A DNA stretch of 63,005 nt, counting the filler. It is 7 parts of 7 records of this genome, joined end to end, with 100 filler letters (N's around TTAATTAATTAA, not from the genome) between each part and the next. Parts side by side here need not be neighbours in the genome. Positions count along the whole stretch, not along the records: positions 31,239 to 37,309 come from SRR7504441_9940; positions 37,410 to 49,308 come from SRR7504441_9947; 5 more parts are not named here. The stretch is one strand, 5' to 3'. Positions 34,592 through 48,043 of the stretch are shown one piece after another. Numbering within the stretch: the first letter of the stretch is position 1; every line of letters starts with the position of its first letter. Both the position numbers and the translations under genes were made by a program. The notes below the pieces were generated by a model. It made no database searches and was not told the DNA's origin. It was given only the letters and a program-made list of their open reading frames with translations.

Positions 34592-35936
34592 ATGGGGAAC
34601 GGGCAGTCTAGTAGAGACAAGCCGCTCGAGCAGCGCCTGGGCCAGGAGCTGAACGGGGCCCGGGAGGCGGCCAGGGCCGGGCCGCTCGGAGACCGGGGCC
34701 GGGCTGGACTCGCTGAACTAGAGACGGCCACTGGGCTGCTGGGCTCGGGCAAATCTGACAGCTACAGCGCGGCCGCCCGGGGGCTGGCCAAGGCCGGCAC
34801 CGGACTCAAACTGGATCAGGCCTTCGGGCCGGCCGGCCAGTGCTATCTGGCGGCCGCAGAGCTGGCGGCCCGTCTGAATGATCGGGATCGGGAGTGCGAC
34901 ATGTACCAGGAGGTGTGCCGGCCCAGGGGGGGGAGCGATGAGCGGCCTGGGTAGGCGGCCAAGTGCTACCGGCAGACCGATCCGGGCAAGGCGGCCAAGC
35001 TGCTCGGATGGGTGGCCCAGTGCCGGATGGATGAGGACCGTGTGAGCTACAGCGGGCTGGCCAAGCTGCACGACCAGATCGGCGAGCTGCTCGAACAGAC
35101 CCAGCACGACGCCGGACGCGACCGCGACTCGCGGCAGCACAGCGGGTGCCAGGCGGCCGATGCGTTCGGGAAGGCCGGGGAGTATTGGGAGAGGGAGCAA
35201 ATGCCGCAGCGCGCGGTGGACAGCCGGGCGATGCGGGCGCGGTGCTGGGCAACTGCTTGCGAGTACAAAGCGGCGGTGCGTGTGGCTCGTGGTGTGGCGA
35301 GCTATGCGCAGGTGGATGAGCTGGAGGCGCTGGGCAAGCTGTGCGCTGGCAAGGACAATATGAAGAACAGTGTGTATAAGCATCTGTTTGCTGCCGGGCT
35401 CACCAGGCGAGCACAGCACTGGTGACTCAGCAAGCGGTGGGGCAGGTTGGCGTGGGAAGACTGCTCGCTGGAGGATACCCGGTGTGCTATCGCCCGATAC
35501 GAAGAGATGGAGACGGTGAGTTGGCTCAGTTGGCCTGTCTGAGTTGTGTGGGAGGTCGGGATTGGAGGGCTGGGTGGGTTTGACATGCTGATCAAGCTGG
35601 CCGACGCAATCAAGACCGCCGACCACGGGCTGTTCGAGCAGGTCAGCTGCAGCTAGTAGCCGGCCGGGCGAGCCCGCGCAGGCGACTGAGTTCTTTGACT
35701 CCATCGACGGCAAAATTGATACCAACAAGGAGCGTTGGGAGCAGGCAATGAAGCGCCGGATCGAGCACAGGATCCAGGCCCGGGCCGCGGCCGGGACGGA
35801 CTTGACCGGCGACGCTGTGTTTGAAGCCAAAGAGCCGGTCGACGAGCCCCGGCCCCTCTGGAGCCAGGGGGCACCGGCAGAGAGCGCGCCGTCAAAAGGC
35901 GAGCTGCAGCGCGCCAACTCCACCGACCTGTGCTGA
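34592..35936 (+). CDS. Alpha/gamma-SNAP-like TPR protein, multi-exon (first intron 34913-34954)
   Basis: AGQCYLAAAEL..DMYQEAAKCYRQTDP, AKLHDQIGELLE, AADAFGKAGEYW and KHLFAAGL match the SNAP-family pattern. Confidence 0.72.
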
Positions 35937-36203
35937 CCGATCCGAGAGACTGACGATGTTATAGTACTCTATGTATATAGAAGTTCGATTGGAGCTTGGT
36001 TTGTCGTGCAACTCCGAGCAATGTACAGGTACTTCGTATAACATACGTCAGGACTCGTGCAAGTGCTCAAGCATCGACATGACTAAGATACAATGTCATG
36101 TACATGTATACATGATTGTAAGTAATCAGTTCTGGGTTTAAAACAAGACTAATTTAGACTAATTTGCTTTTAGATGAATTGAGTTCATTGATCGAAGCAT
36201 TAC

Positions 36204-37309
36204 TTATATAGGGATTGGATTATAAGGATTGTTCCACACAATATAGCCCTTTGCGTTTGGCAGCTTGCTCGTGACAGTCGGGGCGGTTATGTTGTAAAGA
36301 GGCGCACTCACAATGGACGGCACCACCCATGGATCACTGTGCAGGTTCCACCAAGGATTGAAACCTGTCCAATCATTTATTGTTTCATCACCTGTTGAGT
36401 AGAGCTGCGGGGAGAGGATATCGATGTTCGGATTTTGCAGCCAGTCATCCACCAATGCGTCGCTGTTCTCCATCCCCCAAGGCTCAAAGTGGGAAGTGGT
36501 CACCAAGACGAGAAGACCCGCATTTTTCATGGCCTGGAACATGGCGTCGAAGGTGCTCGGTGGGATATTGAACGTACCAATTTCATACTGCACTATATCA
36601 AAGGCCACCCCATCGTACTTATTTTTCTTGAGAAAGTCGATATTTGACTGCGCTGATATGTCAGATATGTGGTGCGTGTTCCAACCGCCATAACTGTTGC
36701 CACCTCCGTAACACAGGAAGTTCAGGCGGTTTTGTGTCATCGGCGGGATGTTGCCCGAGCTTACATCTGGGAAGTTCTGCATGTTAGGAAAGGATCCTGT
36801 GTATGTGATTCCCAGGTTGGCGTCGCCTGGACCATGGTAGGAAGTATCGTCGCTCCATGTTTGTTTGTAAAAGCCCCGAACAAAATCTGGCAAGACCTTA
36901 ATCTGCGAGACGCCGGGATCAGCTTCAACTTCAGTCTCGGGATCGTAAGTGAGGCAGGCGCCACAATAGCAGCAGTTGCCATCCACCCTGTCGCCTGGAT
37001 TGTTCGATTCACTCCAGTTGGGCTGGAGCACATTCGCCGGGCAAAGTGTGTCGTCCCCACAGTAGTCGTAGCCATCGGTTGATTCACTTGGGTTGCCATT
37101 CTGGCACCAGAACGGAGTTTGTCCCTCAGGGCATGACTGAGTAGCGCTGCTGATTGTTGAATGCGCAGTGAGCTGGCCGGTCCGAAAGGCCTTGCTCACG
37201 GCAGCGTGGTCAGTGAAGTCAAAGTTGGTCGCTGAATCGACAAGAGTTATCTGCGACGACAGTGAGGCTGGGCCGAGCGAGCGGCTGATACCTCCGACGA
37301 TTCAGGGAC
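36204..37309 (-). CDS. GH18-like TIM-barrel protein preceded by a Cys-rich module; 5' truncated; intron 37251-37291
   Basis: LCYGGGN, YDGVAFDI, LLVLVTTSH, IDILSPQLY, GYIVW; Cys-rich extracellular-type segment upstream. Confidence 0.65.
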
Positions 37310-37409
37310 NNNNNNNNNNNNNNNNNNNNNNNNNNNNNNNNNNNNNNNNNNNNTTAATTAATTAANNNNNNNNNNNNNNNNNNNNNNNNNNNNNNNNNNN
37401 NNNNNNNNN
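37310..37409. other. Artificial contig spacer
   Basis: N44-TTAATTAATTAA-N44. Confidence 0.99.
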
Positions 37410-37489
37410 TATTTCTAAATATAGTTTGCTATAACTAGATTATATTATAAGATGATTATCTAATAACCATTTATAAGTCGTCATCATCA

Positions 37490-37563
37490 TAACGAGAGAG
37501 GGATTTGAACCCCCGACATGTAGAGTATGATTCTACCGTTCTAACCAACTGAACTATCCCGTC
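37490..37563 (-). tRNA. trnM: Mitochondrial tRNA-Met(CAU), elongator-like
   Basis: Cloverleaf GACGGGA...TCTCGTT-A; anticodon arm GTAGA-ATCATAC-TCTAC; T arm GGTTCAAATCC. Confidence 0.9.
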
Positions 37564-38284
37564 TTATGAAAGAAATGAAAAATATCATATTTCTTATTCT
37601 ACCTTTTTAAATTGCATTAATCTCTAATTTGGAAGTAATTTTTATATTAAAATAAATATAAACAAAAACGAATATTTTAAATAAAAAAATTAAAAAACTC
37701 CAAACCTATACGGCATATGAAGACAAAAAATATATAAAAAGGAGAGGGCTATACGTTACAATTAGAATTAACCAATTAATACGAGTAGCCTGTGACTGAG
37801 ATAATGTTGGTGTGATTCTAGGAGGCTCCTTTAAACTTATATTCAAAATAAAGTAATTATATATTATACTTTTGTTATCTATTTAGGTTTTACATCCATC
37901 TTTATAGATTAATATAAAATAGTTCTAACATGGATTCGTTTGTTCATAAGAAAGTTAGTAGATTCTCTTAATTATTATTTTCAAACAGTTATAACTATTC
38001 CTGTAAATCTTAATTTTTGTTTTGCATCCATTATACTTAACTTATTTTTGTATTTGAGAGCTATTTGCGCTAATTCAGTAGCATGTTGGTTTTTTTGTTC
38101 TAACCATATTAAACATATATATAGTTAGTTAGCTATTTTCAATGTTATATTTTGGCTCTTAGAAGGAGTTGATCCTATAAAATACATGTATATTTTCTAT
38201 ACATGGCAAAGAGCTTAAGAGGGAACTATTTAAGCCCCTCTACTAATATTTCTTAGTTTATTTAAAATCTAAGAAGATACAAAA

Positions 38285-40985
<2,701 letters not shown>

Positions 40986-41006
40986 TTATAGAATATACTA
41001 AAAATA

Positions 41007-41360
41007 TTATATATGTAATTTGAACTTGCGAGAAGTTTTAGAATTCGAACATGTTCGTTGACCCCTACAAGGTAATCCACGTACATGACGAAATCCGCGG
41101 TAACTACTTATTTTTATAAGGCGCTTTATATTGAGAGTTTTATCTCGTGTAAGCTTGCTACCAATAGTGTATTGATTATCAATAAAATCTGTAATTACTT
41201 TCAATTTATCCTTTGAGATAGTACTTAGTTTTGAGTTAAAAGATATTCCTAATTCTGCACATATTAATTTAGCTCGACCTTGACCAATCCCAGGTATTTT
41301 CGTGAGACTCTTACTAATTGCTTTATCTTTGGGTAAGTTTACATTTAATATTCGAGGCAT
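41007..41360 (-). CDS. rps13: Mitochondrial ribosomal protein S13
   Basis: IPGIGQGRA; SYRGFRHVRGLPCRGQRT. Confidence 0.97.
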   Translation of the reverse strand: MPRILNVNLPKDKAISKSLTKIPGIGQGRAKLICAELGISFNSKLSTISKDKLKVITDFIDNQYTIGSKLTRDKTLNIKRLIKISSYRGFRHVRGLPCRGQRTCSNSKTSRKFKLHI

Positions 41361-41399
41361 TTTAGGATATATTTAGATATTAATAGCTTTAAGTATGTG

Positions 41400-41819
41400 T
41401 TAACGAAAAAATGCAAAAGACTTGTTTGTTTCTGCTAATTTATGAATATCATTTTTCTTTTTTACAGAAGCTCCACGATTATTAAAAGCATCTATCCATT
41501 CATTAACCAATTTGTCTTGGACTTTTTTTTCTTTTCTACTGCGAGCAGAATTAACAAAGATTTTCGCGGCTAAACCAACGCTTTGTTTTTCAGTTATTGC
41601 ATAAGGTATCATATAAGAGGAGTTGCCTATTTTTTTAGAACGTGCATCTATGCTTGGCCGTATATTACTTATAGCAGTTTTTAATAAATATACCATAGAA
41701 ACCTCTGATTGAATAGATGCTTTTTCTATACTAGAATGCACAAGTTTCTGCGAAACACTCTTTTTTCCATCCTTCATTAACAGGCAAACAATTTTATCCT
41801 CTATACTTTTAAAATTCAT
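41400..41819 (-). CDS. rps7: Mitochondrial ribosomal protein S7
   Basis: LMKDGKKSVS; SVKKKNDIHKLAETNKSFA. Confidence 0.96.
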   Translation of the reverse strand: MNFKSIEDKIVCLLMKDGKKSVSQKLVHSSIEKASIQSEVSMVYLLKTAISNIRPSIDARSKKIGNSSYMIPYAITEKQSVGLAAKIFVNSARSRKEKKVQDKLVNEWIDAFNNRGASVKKKNDIHKLAETNKSFAFFR

Positions 41820-41863
41820 TTTAATTTTATATTTCTAAGTTTTATTGCCTAATAAGAGTTAAT

Positions 41864-41936
41864 TGTCTAGAGGCGGACTTGAACCGCCGACACAAGGATT
41901 TTCAGTCCTTTGCTCTACCAACTGAGCTATCCAGAC
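41864..41936 (-). tRNA. trnF: tRNA-Phe(GAA)
   Basis: Cloverleaf; anticodon arm AAGGA-CTGAAAA-TCCTT. Confidence 0.96.
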
Positions 41937-42007
41937 TAAGTCAACCCTCTTAAAGGTTGATTTATAACATCCTTCTATAAGGATTAATAAATATATTTTC
42001 TTTTTAG

Positions 42008-42088
42008 TGAAGAAGGTAGGATTCGAACCTACGTAGAATTAACAATAGATTTACAGTCTACCGCTTTTAACCACTCAGCCACTTCTTC
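42008..42088 (-). tRNA. trnY: tRNA-Tyr(GUA)
   Basis: Anticodon arm GTAGA-CTGTAAA-TCTAT; long variable arm. Confidence 0.95.
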
Positions 42089-42101
42089 AGATAACTACAT
42101 T

Positions 42102-42173
42102 AGGGGAGTAGTTTAATTGGTAAAATAATGGTCTCCAAAACCATCGTTAAGGGTTCAAGTCCCTTCTCCCTTG
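42102..42173 (+). tRNA. trnW: tRNA-Trp(CCA)
   Basis: Anticodon arm ATGGT-CTCCAAA-ACCAT. Confidence 0.95.
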
Positions 42174-42181
42174 TTTAGATC

Positions 42182-42556
42182 TTATATTCTACGAGATTTC
42201 TTTGGTCTACATCCATTATGCGGTTTAGGAGTAACGTCAATAACTCGTTGAATTACTAATGTAGAAGAGCTAAATCCATATATCGCACTTTCTCGACCAC
42301 GGCCAAAACCTTTGACTTGTATAATAATTTTTGAATAGCCTAAACTTGTTAATTTTGAAACAACGTATCCACTTGACAATTGTGCACCAGAGGCAACACT
42401 CTTTTTTCCACGACGTTTTTTCAAAGCTAGACCTACAGAACTTGAAGTAATTATACGATCATTTAAATCACGTGCTGATATTATGGTATTATTTTGAGTC
42501 GAATTGATTGTTATTATAGCAAGACGCTTAACGTCAAATTGTTTTATGAAAGTCAT
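42182..42556 (-). CDS. rps11: Mitochondrial ribosomal protein S11
   Basis: STQNNTII; VKGFGRGRESA; DVTPKPHNGCRPKKSRR. Confidence 0.97.
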   Translation of the reverse strand: MTFIKQFDVKRLAIITINSTQNNTIISARDLNDRIITSSSVGLALKKRRGKKSVASGAQLSSGYVVSKLTSLGYSKIIIQVKGFGRGRESAIYGFSSSTLVIQRVIDVTPKPHNGCRPKKSRRI

Positions 42557-42590
42557 TAAATTAATAAGCTTTGGTGTAATCTTTTAGTAA

Positions 42591-42692
42591 ACTGATAATT
42601 AGCCTTATGTTCCATATATATAGTATATAAGACATAAATTTGTTTCACATGTCTAATTCGAAATGTTTTAGGGTGTTTCCAAAATTATCAAA
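42591..42692 (-). rRNA. rrn5: Probable AT-rich mitochondrial 5S rRNA
   Basis: Terminal helix TTGATAATT/AATTATCAG; loop-C region CACCCTAAAACATTTCGAATTAGACATGTGAAAC aligns to the 5S consensus CACCYGAxCCCATxCCGAACTCRGxxGTGAAAC; helix V TTATGT/ACATAA. Confidence 0.78.
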
Positions 42693-42731
42693 AATATTAG
42701 CTTACCCCTGAAAAAAAAACGTAAACTCACT

Positions 42732-44231
42732 TTATAATGATAATAAAAGACCTATTCTATGACAACTTAATAAAAAAGCATCAGAAGAAATAAAAAAAAC
42801 TATTAAGAATAGTAAAGATAGACCCATAACATATGCATTACAAATATCTATTTGTTTATACAAAGTAAACGTTTTAGAGTTTTCAAAATACATCAACTTT
42901 ATTATTCGAATATAGTAAAAAGCTGCGACCACACTGGAAAGAACTCCTAAAATTGCAACAATATACAGTTCCGAGTTCATTGCGGCAAAAAATAAATACA
43001 TTTTACCAAAAAATCCCGCTAATGGTGGTAGTCCTACCATTGAAAATAATATAAGTGTTACTGCTAAAGCAACCACAGAATTGGTTTTTCCTATATTTGT
43101 TAAATCTGTTAAATATACATTTAATGTTTTAGTTTTATAGTTTTGAAGACCTAACATAAAGCTAAAAAAACCTATTGTCATAACAACGTATATGAGTAAA
43201 TAAACAAGGAGCCCTACAATACTTGTAATAGTTCCAGAAGCAATACCAATAAGCATATAACCTATATTAACAATACCACTATAAGCCATTAAACGTTTTA
43301 TTCGCTTTTGTGATAAAGCTGCTAAAGAACCCCAAACCATAGATATGATAGCACATACAAGAAATAATTCTTGCCATACGGATAAAAAATCGTAAAAGGT
43401 ATAGAAAAATAAACGAATGAATAATGCTATTAAGGCTAATTTTGGAACAGTTGAAAAAAACGCAGTTACTGGAGTAGGTGAACCTTCATAAACATCTGGT
43501 GACCACATATGAAAAGGGGCTGCAGCCACTTTAAATAATAATGCTATTGAAATGAAAACAATGCCTATAACAATACCATTATATGAAACAGTTGTAGAAA
43601 GGGCTCCCATACCAACTAACAATTTTGCGATATCTTCGAAATTTGTCATACCTGTAAAACCATATAACATAGAAGAACCAAATAATAATAAACCCGAAGA
43701 AAATGCTCCTAATATGAAATATTTCAAACCCGCTTCACCAGAAAATTCTGAATTTCTCTTGTAAGCAGCTAAAATATAAAAAGATAAACTCATTAACTCA
43801 ACAGCTAAATATAATGCTAACAAATCGTAAGAAGATATTAAAAGCAGCATACCTAATGTAGAAAGAAGAACCAATAAAGTATATTCAAAAGTATTTATTC
43901 TTTGATATTGTAGATAATTCAATGACATTGTTATACAACACATTGAACTTAATATAACAAAAGTTTTAACTAATTTAGTAAAATCATCCACAATAAGCAA
44001 ATTATTAAATATAATCATAGAAGAAAAACTATTATTTACATTTAATAAAAACGCAATACCTAAAACAAAAAAACTTAGCCAACTGACATTTATTGATAAT
44101 GCAGGACATTGATAATATTCAGAAGTACTATAAATAACCCCGTAAGACAATAAAAATACTATTGCAATGGAAATAAATAATTCTGGCAATACCACAATGA
44201 AATCATTTTCAAAAAAACTAAAAAAACTCAT
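42732..44231 (-). CDS. nad2: NADH dehydrogenase subunit 2
   Basis: EAGLKYFILGA; FKVAAAPFHMWSPDVYEG. Confidence 0.98.
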   Translation of the reverse strand: MSFFSFFENDFIVVLPELFISIAIVFLLSYGVIYSTSEYYQCPALSINVSWLSFFVLGIAFLLNVNNSFSSMIIFNNLLIVDDFTKLVKTFVILSSMCCITMSLNYLQYQRINTFEYTLLVLLSTLGMLLLISSYDLLALYLAVELMSLSFYILAAYKRNSEFSGEAGLKYFILGAFSSGLLLFGSSMLYGFTGMTNFEDIAKLLVGMGALSTTVSYNGIVIGIVFISIALLFKVAAAPFHMWSPDVYEGSPTPVTAFFSTVPKLALIALFIRLFFYTFYDFLSVWQELFLVCAIISMVWGSLAALSQKRIKRLMAYSGIVNIGYMLIGIASGTITSIVGLLVYLLIYVVMTIGFFSFMLGLQNYKTKTLNVYLTDLTNIGKTNSVVALAVTLILFSMVGLPPLAGFFGKMYLFFAAMNSELYIVAILGVLSSVVAAFYYIRIIKLMYFENSKTFTLYKQIDICNAYVMGLSLLFLIVFFISSDAFLLSCHRIGLLLSL

Positions 44232-44271
44232 AGTATATGTAATTTATTTTATAAAAAAGGATATATTTATG

Positions 44272-45741
44272 TTATTGTACTTGTTCAACTAAATGTTGCA
44301 CTGAGGTATGCATAACATTGAGAAAAACTTCTGGATAAATTCCCATTAATAGCACTAAAATAATACAAGGTGCAAAAACAAAGAACTCGCGTCGATCTAT
44401 ATCCTGAAAATTAGTTATATAGGTTAGGCGAATATTCCCGAAAGCAGTTCGATTATAAAGCCACAATGAATAAGCTGCACCCCATACACCCCCTGTGGCT
44501 GCTAAAACCGTTATGAATATATTTGACTTAAAAGCTGCAGCTAAAACCATAAATTCACTAACAAATGAACTTGTGCCAGGTAATGCCATATTAGCAAGTA
44601 TAAAGAATAAGAAAATAATTGAATACACTGGCATAGCTACAGTTAATCCACTATAATAGTTTATTATTCGTGTTTTATGTCTATCATAGATAACTCCTAC
44701 GCATAGGAAGAGAGCACTTGAGACTATTCCATGACTTAACATTAAAAAGATACTACCTTCAATCCCTTGTAAATTCATTGTAAACATACCGATAGTAACA
44801 AATCCCATGTGCGCCACGGAAGAATAAGCAATTAATCTTTTCATATCAACTTGTCGTAAAGTTGTTAATGAGGTGTATATAACTGCTATAGCACTTAAAG
44901 TATATACTAGGGGCGTAAAGTAAATACTTGCATCTGGAAACATAGGTATAGAAAAACGCAAAAATCCATACCCACCCATTTTTAAAAGAATACCTGCTAA
45001 TATAACAGACCCTGCCGTGGGTGCTTCACTGTGTGCTTCAGGTAGCCACAAATGTACAGGAACCATTGGTACTTTTACTGCAAAAGATGCAAAAAAAGCT
45101 AGCCAATATATCATTTGTAAATCCTTACTAAAAGTGATCGTTGTTAATGCTTGAACATCTGTTGTACCTGTTTGTGCGTATATTGTTAATATTGCTAGTA
45201 ACATTAAAACAGATCCTACTAAAGTATATAGAAAAAATTGATAAGAGGCACGAATTTTACGTTCTCGTGAACCCCAAATCCCTATGATAAGGAACATAGG
45301 AATTAAGATTGCTTCAAAAAAGATATAGAAAAATAGTACATCTAAGACTGTAAATACACAAACAAGAAGTGCTTCCATAAATAAAAAAGCAATATTATAC
45401 TCTTTTATAGAAATCTTAACACTATCCCAACTAGCTAACAAACAAATAGGTATCAAAAATGTTGTCAATAAAACAAAGAAAAGAGAAATACCATCAATTC
45501 CTATAAATACATTTATATTTGAATATGGAACAGAAAAAAAAGGTTCAACAAATTGATACTTAGGAGTACTCAAATCAAAGTTTAACCATAAAAAAAGGGA
45601 TACTATGAACGTAATAAGGGAAGAAGAGAAACCTATAACTTTTGTAATTTCTGGCTTATTCTCGGGTGTTACCATAATAACTAAAATGCTTAATAACGGT
45701 AACATTATTAAAGTTAATAAAATTGAAGGATATTCAAACAT
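44272..45741 (-). CDS. nad4: NADH dehydrogenase subunit 4
   Basis: VKVPMVPVHLWLPEAHSEAPTAGSVILAG; IAYSSVAHM. Confidence 0.98.
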   Translation of the reverse strand: MFEYPSILLTLIMLPLLSILVIMVTPENKPEITKVIGFSSSLITFIVSLFLWLNFDLSTPKYQFVEPFFSVPYSNINVFIGIDGISLFFVLLTTFLIPICLLASWDSVKISIKEYNIAFLFMEALLVCVFTVLDVLFFYIFFEAILIPMFLIIGIWGSRERKIRASYQFFLYTLVGSVLMLLAILTIYAQTGTTDVQALTTITFSKDLQMIYWLAFFASFAVKVPMVPVHLWLPEAHSEAPTAGSVILAGILLKMGGYGFLRFSIPMFPDASIYFTPLVYTLSAIAVIYTSLTTLRQVDMKRLIAYSSVAHMGFVTIGMFTMNLQGIEGSIFLMLSHGIVSSALFLCVGVIYDRHKTRIINYYSGLTVAMPVYSIIFLFFILANMALPGTSSFVSEFMVLAAAFKSNIFITVLAATGGVWGAAYSLWLYNRTAFGNIRLTYITNFQDIDRREFFVFAPCIILVLLMGIYPEVFLNVMHTSVQHLVEQVQ

Positions 45742-45798
45742 TTTAAAATTGTCCTTTAGAGGAAGATATATATTTAAAAAATAAGTAAAGTTTATGAA

Positions 45799-46164
45799 TT
45801 ATTCCCATTCTAGTGCTCCTTTACGCCACTCATAAATGAAGCCAACTGTAAGTATTACTAGAAAAACTGTCATAGTTAGAAACCCAAATAATGTTATCTT
45901 ATTTAATACGAGTGCCCAAGGGAATAGAAAAGAAACTTCTAGATCAAAAATTATAAACAATATTGCTACAAGATAAAAACGTATATCAAATTTACCTCGT
46001 GCATCGTCAAAAGGATCAAACCCACATTCGTAAGGTGATGTTTTTTCTGTGTCTGGCCTCTGTGAAGCTACAAAATAAGACAAGAAAAATATAATAAATG
46101 ATAGAATAGTACTTATTATTAGTAAAATAAGTACAGGAGCATACTCAATGATACCTAAGCTCAT
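45799..46164 (-). CDS. nad3: NADH dehydrogenase subunit 3
   Basis: [30 protein letters not shown]. Confidence 0.98.
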   Translation of the reverse strand: MSLGIIEYAPVLILLIISTILSFIIFFLSYFVASQRPDTEKTSPYECGFDPFDDARGKFDIRFYLVAILFIIFDLEVSFLFPWALVLNKITLFGFLTMTVFLVILTVGFIYEWRKGALEWE

Positions 46165-46189
46165 AAATTGTATAGTAATAGATTAAAAA

Positions 46190-46765
46190 ATGATAAAATC
46201 AGTAAAATATTATAAAGAAAATGTATTAAATCGTGATTTAGTACTCAAACATCGATTTGTTAATGTTATGCAAACACCTAGAGTTGAAAAAGTTTCACTT
46301 AGTTTGAATAAAAAAGAAGCTTTATTAAATAGTAATAAGCTTTTTGTACCTTTGCTTTTACTGAAAATTATTAGTGGTCAAAAACCATGCGTAGTAAAAA
46401 GTAAAAAGTCTGTTGCTCAATTCAAATTGCGAGAAGGTAAGGCCCTTGGAGGCCGAATCACTTTACGTAAAACAAATCTTTACACATTCATAGACAAATT
46501 TATATATACCATACTTCCACAATTAGTTGAAGATAAAAATAAACGATTTAAGGTCAATCATAATGTGATCACTTTTGGTATTGAAGACATATCAATTTTT
46601 CCCGAACTGGATAGTCAATATGAATTATTAAAAGTGACACAAGGGATAAATATAGCTATTAGTTTAACTAATAGTCAAAAAATATTATCTTATTCGTTTT
46701 TTAAAGGTATTAAGTTTCCCGTTCAGGAAAAAAAGATACCTAAGTATTTAAGTAAAGGCGAATAA
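46190..46765 (+). CDS. rpl5: Mitochondrial ribosomal protein L5
   Basis: ISGQKP..SKKSVAQFKLREG..ITLR; IFPEL. Confidence 0.95.
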   Translation: MIKSVKYYKENVLNRDLVLKHRFVNVMQTPRVEKVSLSLNKKEALLNSNKLFVPLLLLKIISGQKPCVVKSKKSVAQFKLREGKALGGRITLRKTNLYTFIDKFIYTILPQLVEDKNKRFKVNHNVITFGIEDISIFPELDSQYELLKVTQGINIAISLTNSQKILSYSFFKGIKFPVQEKKIPKYLSKGE

Positions 46766-46831
46766 CGGGACTTGAACCCGTGCCTTTCAGAGCCACAACC
46801 TGACACTCTAACCAACTGAGTTATATTCGCC
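46757..46831 (-). tRNA. trnH: tRNA-His(GUG) with encoded G-1
   Basis: G-GCGAATA...TATTCGC-C; anticodon loop TTGTGGC. Confidence 0.94.
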
Positions 46832-46844
46832 CAAGATTATTTAA

Positions 46845-47522
46845 TTACTTATTAATTTTCAAAGTTTCTAGAATCAAATTAGAAAAGAAAGTTAATGAAA
46901 TCAAAGATTCATTATTACCAAGTATCGGGTAATCTATATCATCTAAGGATATTCCAGTATCTGCAATTGCAATTACAGGTATATTTAATGTTTTAGCTTC
47001 TTGCACCGCATCTATATCAGTAGTTGGGTCTAGGATAATAATAGCGTCAGGAAGTCTAGTTAATTCTTGCAAACCTTCAAAAATACCCATCATTCTTAAC
47101 TTTTTCTTTTTACTCAAACCAAGTTTTTTTAAAAATAGATTATAAAATTTGACAGAACTCGAGCTATTTTCCCAGTTCGTTAACAAACCTTTCAACCAAC
47201 GTTGATTAATATAAGGCATATTTGTTTCTGATCCTAGTTTTTCCGTTATTTTTCGTATATCTGGACGAGTACCTATAAATAAAATCAACCCTTTATTTGT
47301 TTTAACATTTTGAAGAAACTTTAGACTTCGCCGAAGGGATTGTGTTATTTTATTTACATCTAATATCGCATTATTTGTAAAGTTGAGTCCTTTTATATTT
47401 TCATAAGAATTAGAATGAGTAAACTTTAAAATATTTCCTAAAGAACTATTAGATAATAAGAGTAATTCATTAGTAAACAAGGAATTTTTATTTAGATTTA
47501 ATGTGATATTTTTTTCAGTCAT
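46845..47522 (-). CDS. rps2: Mitochondrial ribosomal protein S2
   Basis: ILFIGT; QRWLKGLLTNW; EAKTLNIPVIAIADT; DYPILGN. Confidence 0.95.
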   Translation of the reverse strand: MTEKNITLNLNKNSLFTNELLLLSNSSLGNILKFTHSNSYENIKGLNFTNNAILDVNKITQSLRRSLKFLQNVKTNKGLILFIGTRPDIRKITEKLGSETNMPYINQRWLKGLLTNWENSSSSVKFYNLFLKKLGLSKKKKLRMMGIFEGLQELTRLPDAIIILDPTTDIDAVQEAKTLNIPVIAIADTGISLDDIDYPILGNNESLISLTFFSNLILETLKINK

Positions 47523-47546
47523 TTATATTTTAGGTTAAAAAGCATA

Positions 47547-47909
47547 TTATATAGGTTTTTTTGCGATAGATAAAATTTTATGAAACTTTCCATAACTTAA
47601 TTCTCGTGGAGCACCTCCTAAAACTCGCGTAGCTTGCGGAACATCTTTATCATTTAATAAAACAATAGCATTTTTCCTAAAATTAAGATAACTTCCATTT
47701 AAACGCTTAGTTTGTTTTTTCGTATAGACTACTATAGCTTTATGTACCTCACCTACTTTAACTTTCTTGTTAGGTAAGGCTTTTCTAATTGAAACTATAA
47801 CTGTATCGCCTATAGAAGCATAAGATTTGTTAGTCAAGACTTTAATACAACGAGCAATTTTCGCTCCGGAATTATCTACGACATTTAAATTAGAGTTTAA
47901 TTGAATCAT
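47547..47909 (-). CDS. rpl14: Mitochondrial ribosomal protein L14
   Basis: MIQLNSNLNVVDNSGAK. Confidence 0.97.
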   Translation of the reverse strand: MIQLNSNLNVVDNSGAKIARCIKVLTNKSYASIGDTVIVSIRKALPNKKVKVGEVHKAIVVYTKKQTKRLNGSYLNFRKNAIVLLNDKDVPQATRVLGGAPRELSYGKFHKILSIAKKPI

Positions 47910-47921
47910 ACTTTGTTTTTA

Positions 47922-48006
47922 AGGATGAAGTGGGATTCGAACCCACGGTATTTTTAAATACTCCAGTTTTCAAGACTGGCACTTTAAACCACTCAGTCAT
48001 TCATCC
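47922..48006 (-). tRNA. trnS: tRNA-Ser(UGA)
   Basis: Anticodon arm CCAGT-CTTGAAA-ACTGG; long variable arm. Confidence 0.94.
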
Positions 48007-48043
48007 GAATGGTAGAATAATCAAAATAGCTTTATTTTAAATT

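Noticed and set aside
38183-38190. TACATGTA copy in the mitochondrial contig
   Set aside because: Plausible by chance in AT-rich DNA; excluded from the nuclear motif count.
37565-38280. Gene in the mitochondrial spacer between trnM and rnl
   Set aside because: Only short (<=62 aa) frames with no recognisable motif; at most a decayed ORF.
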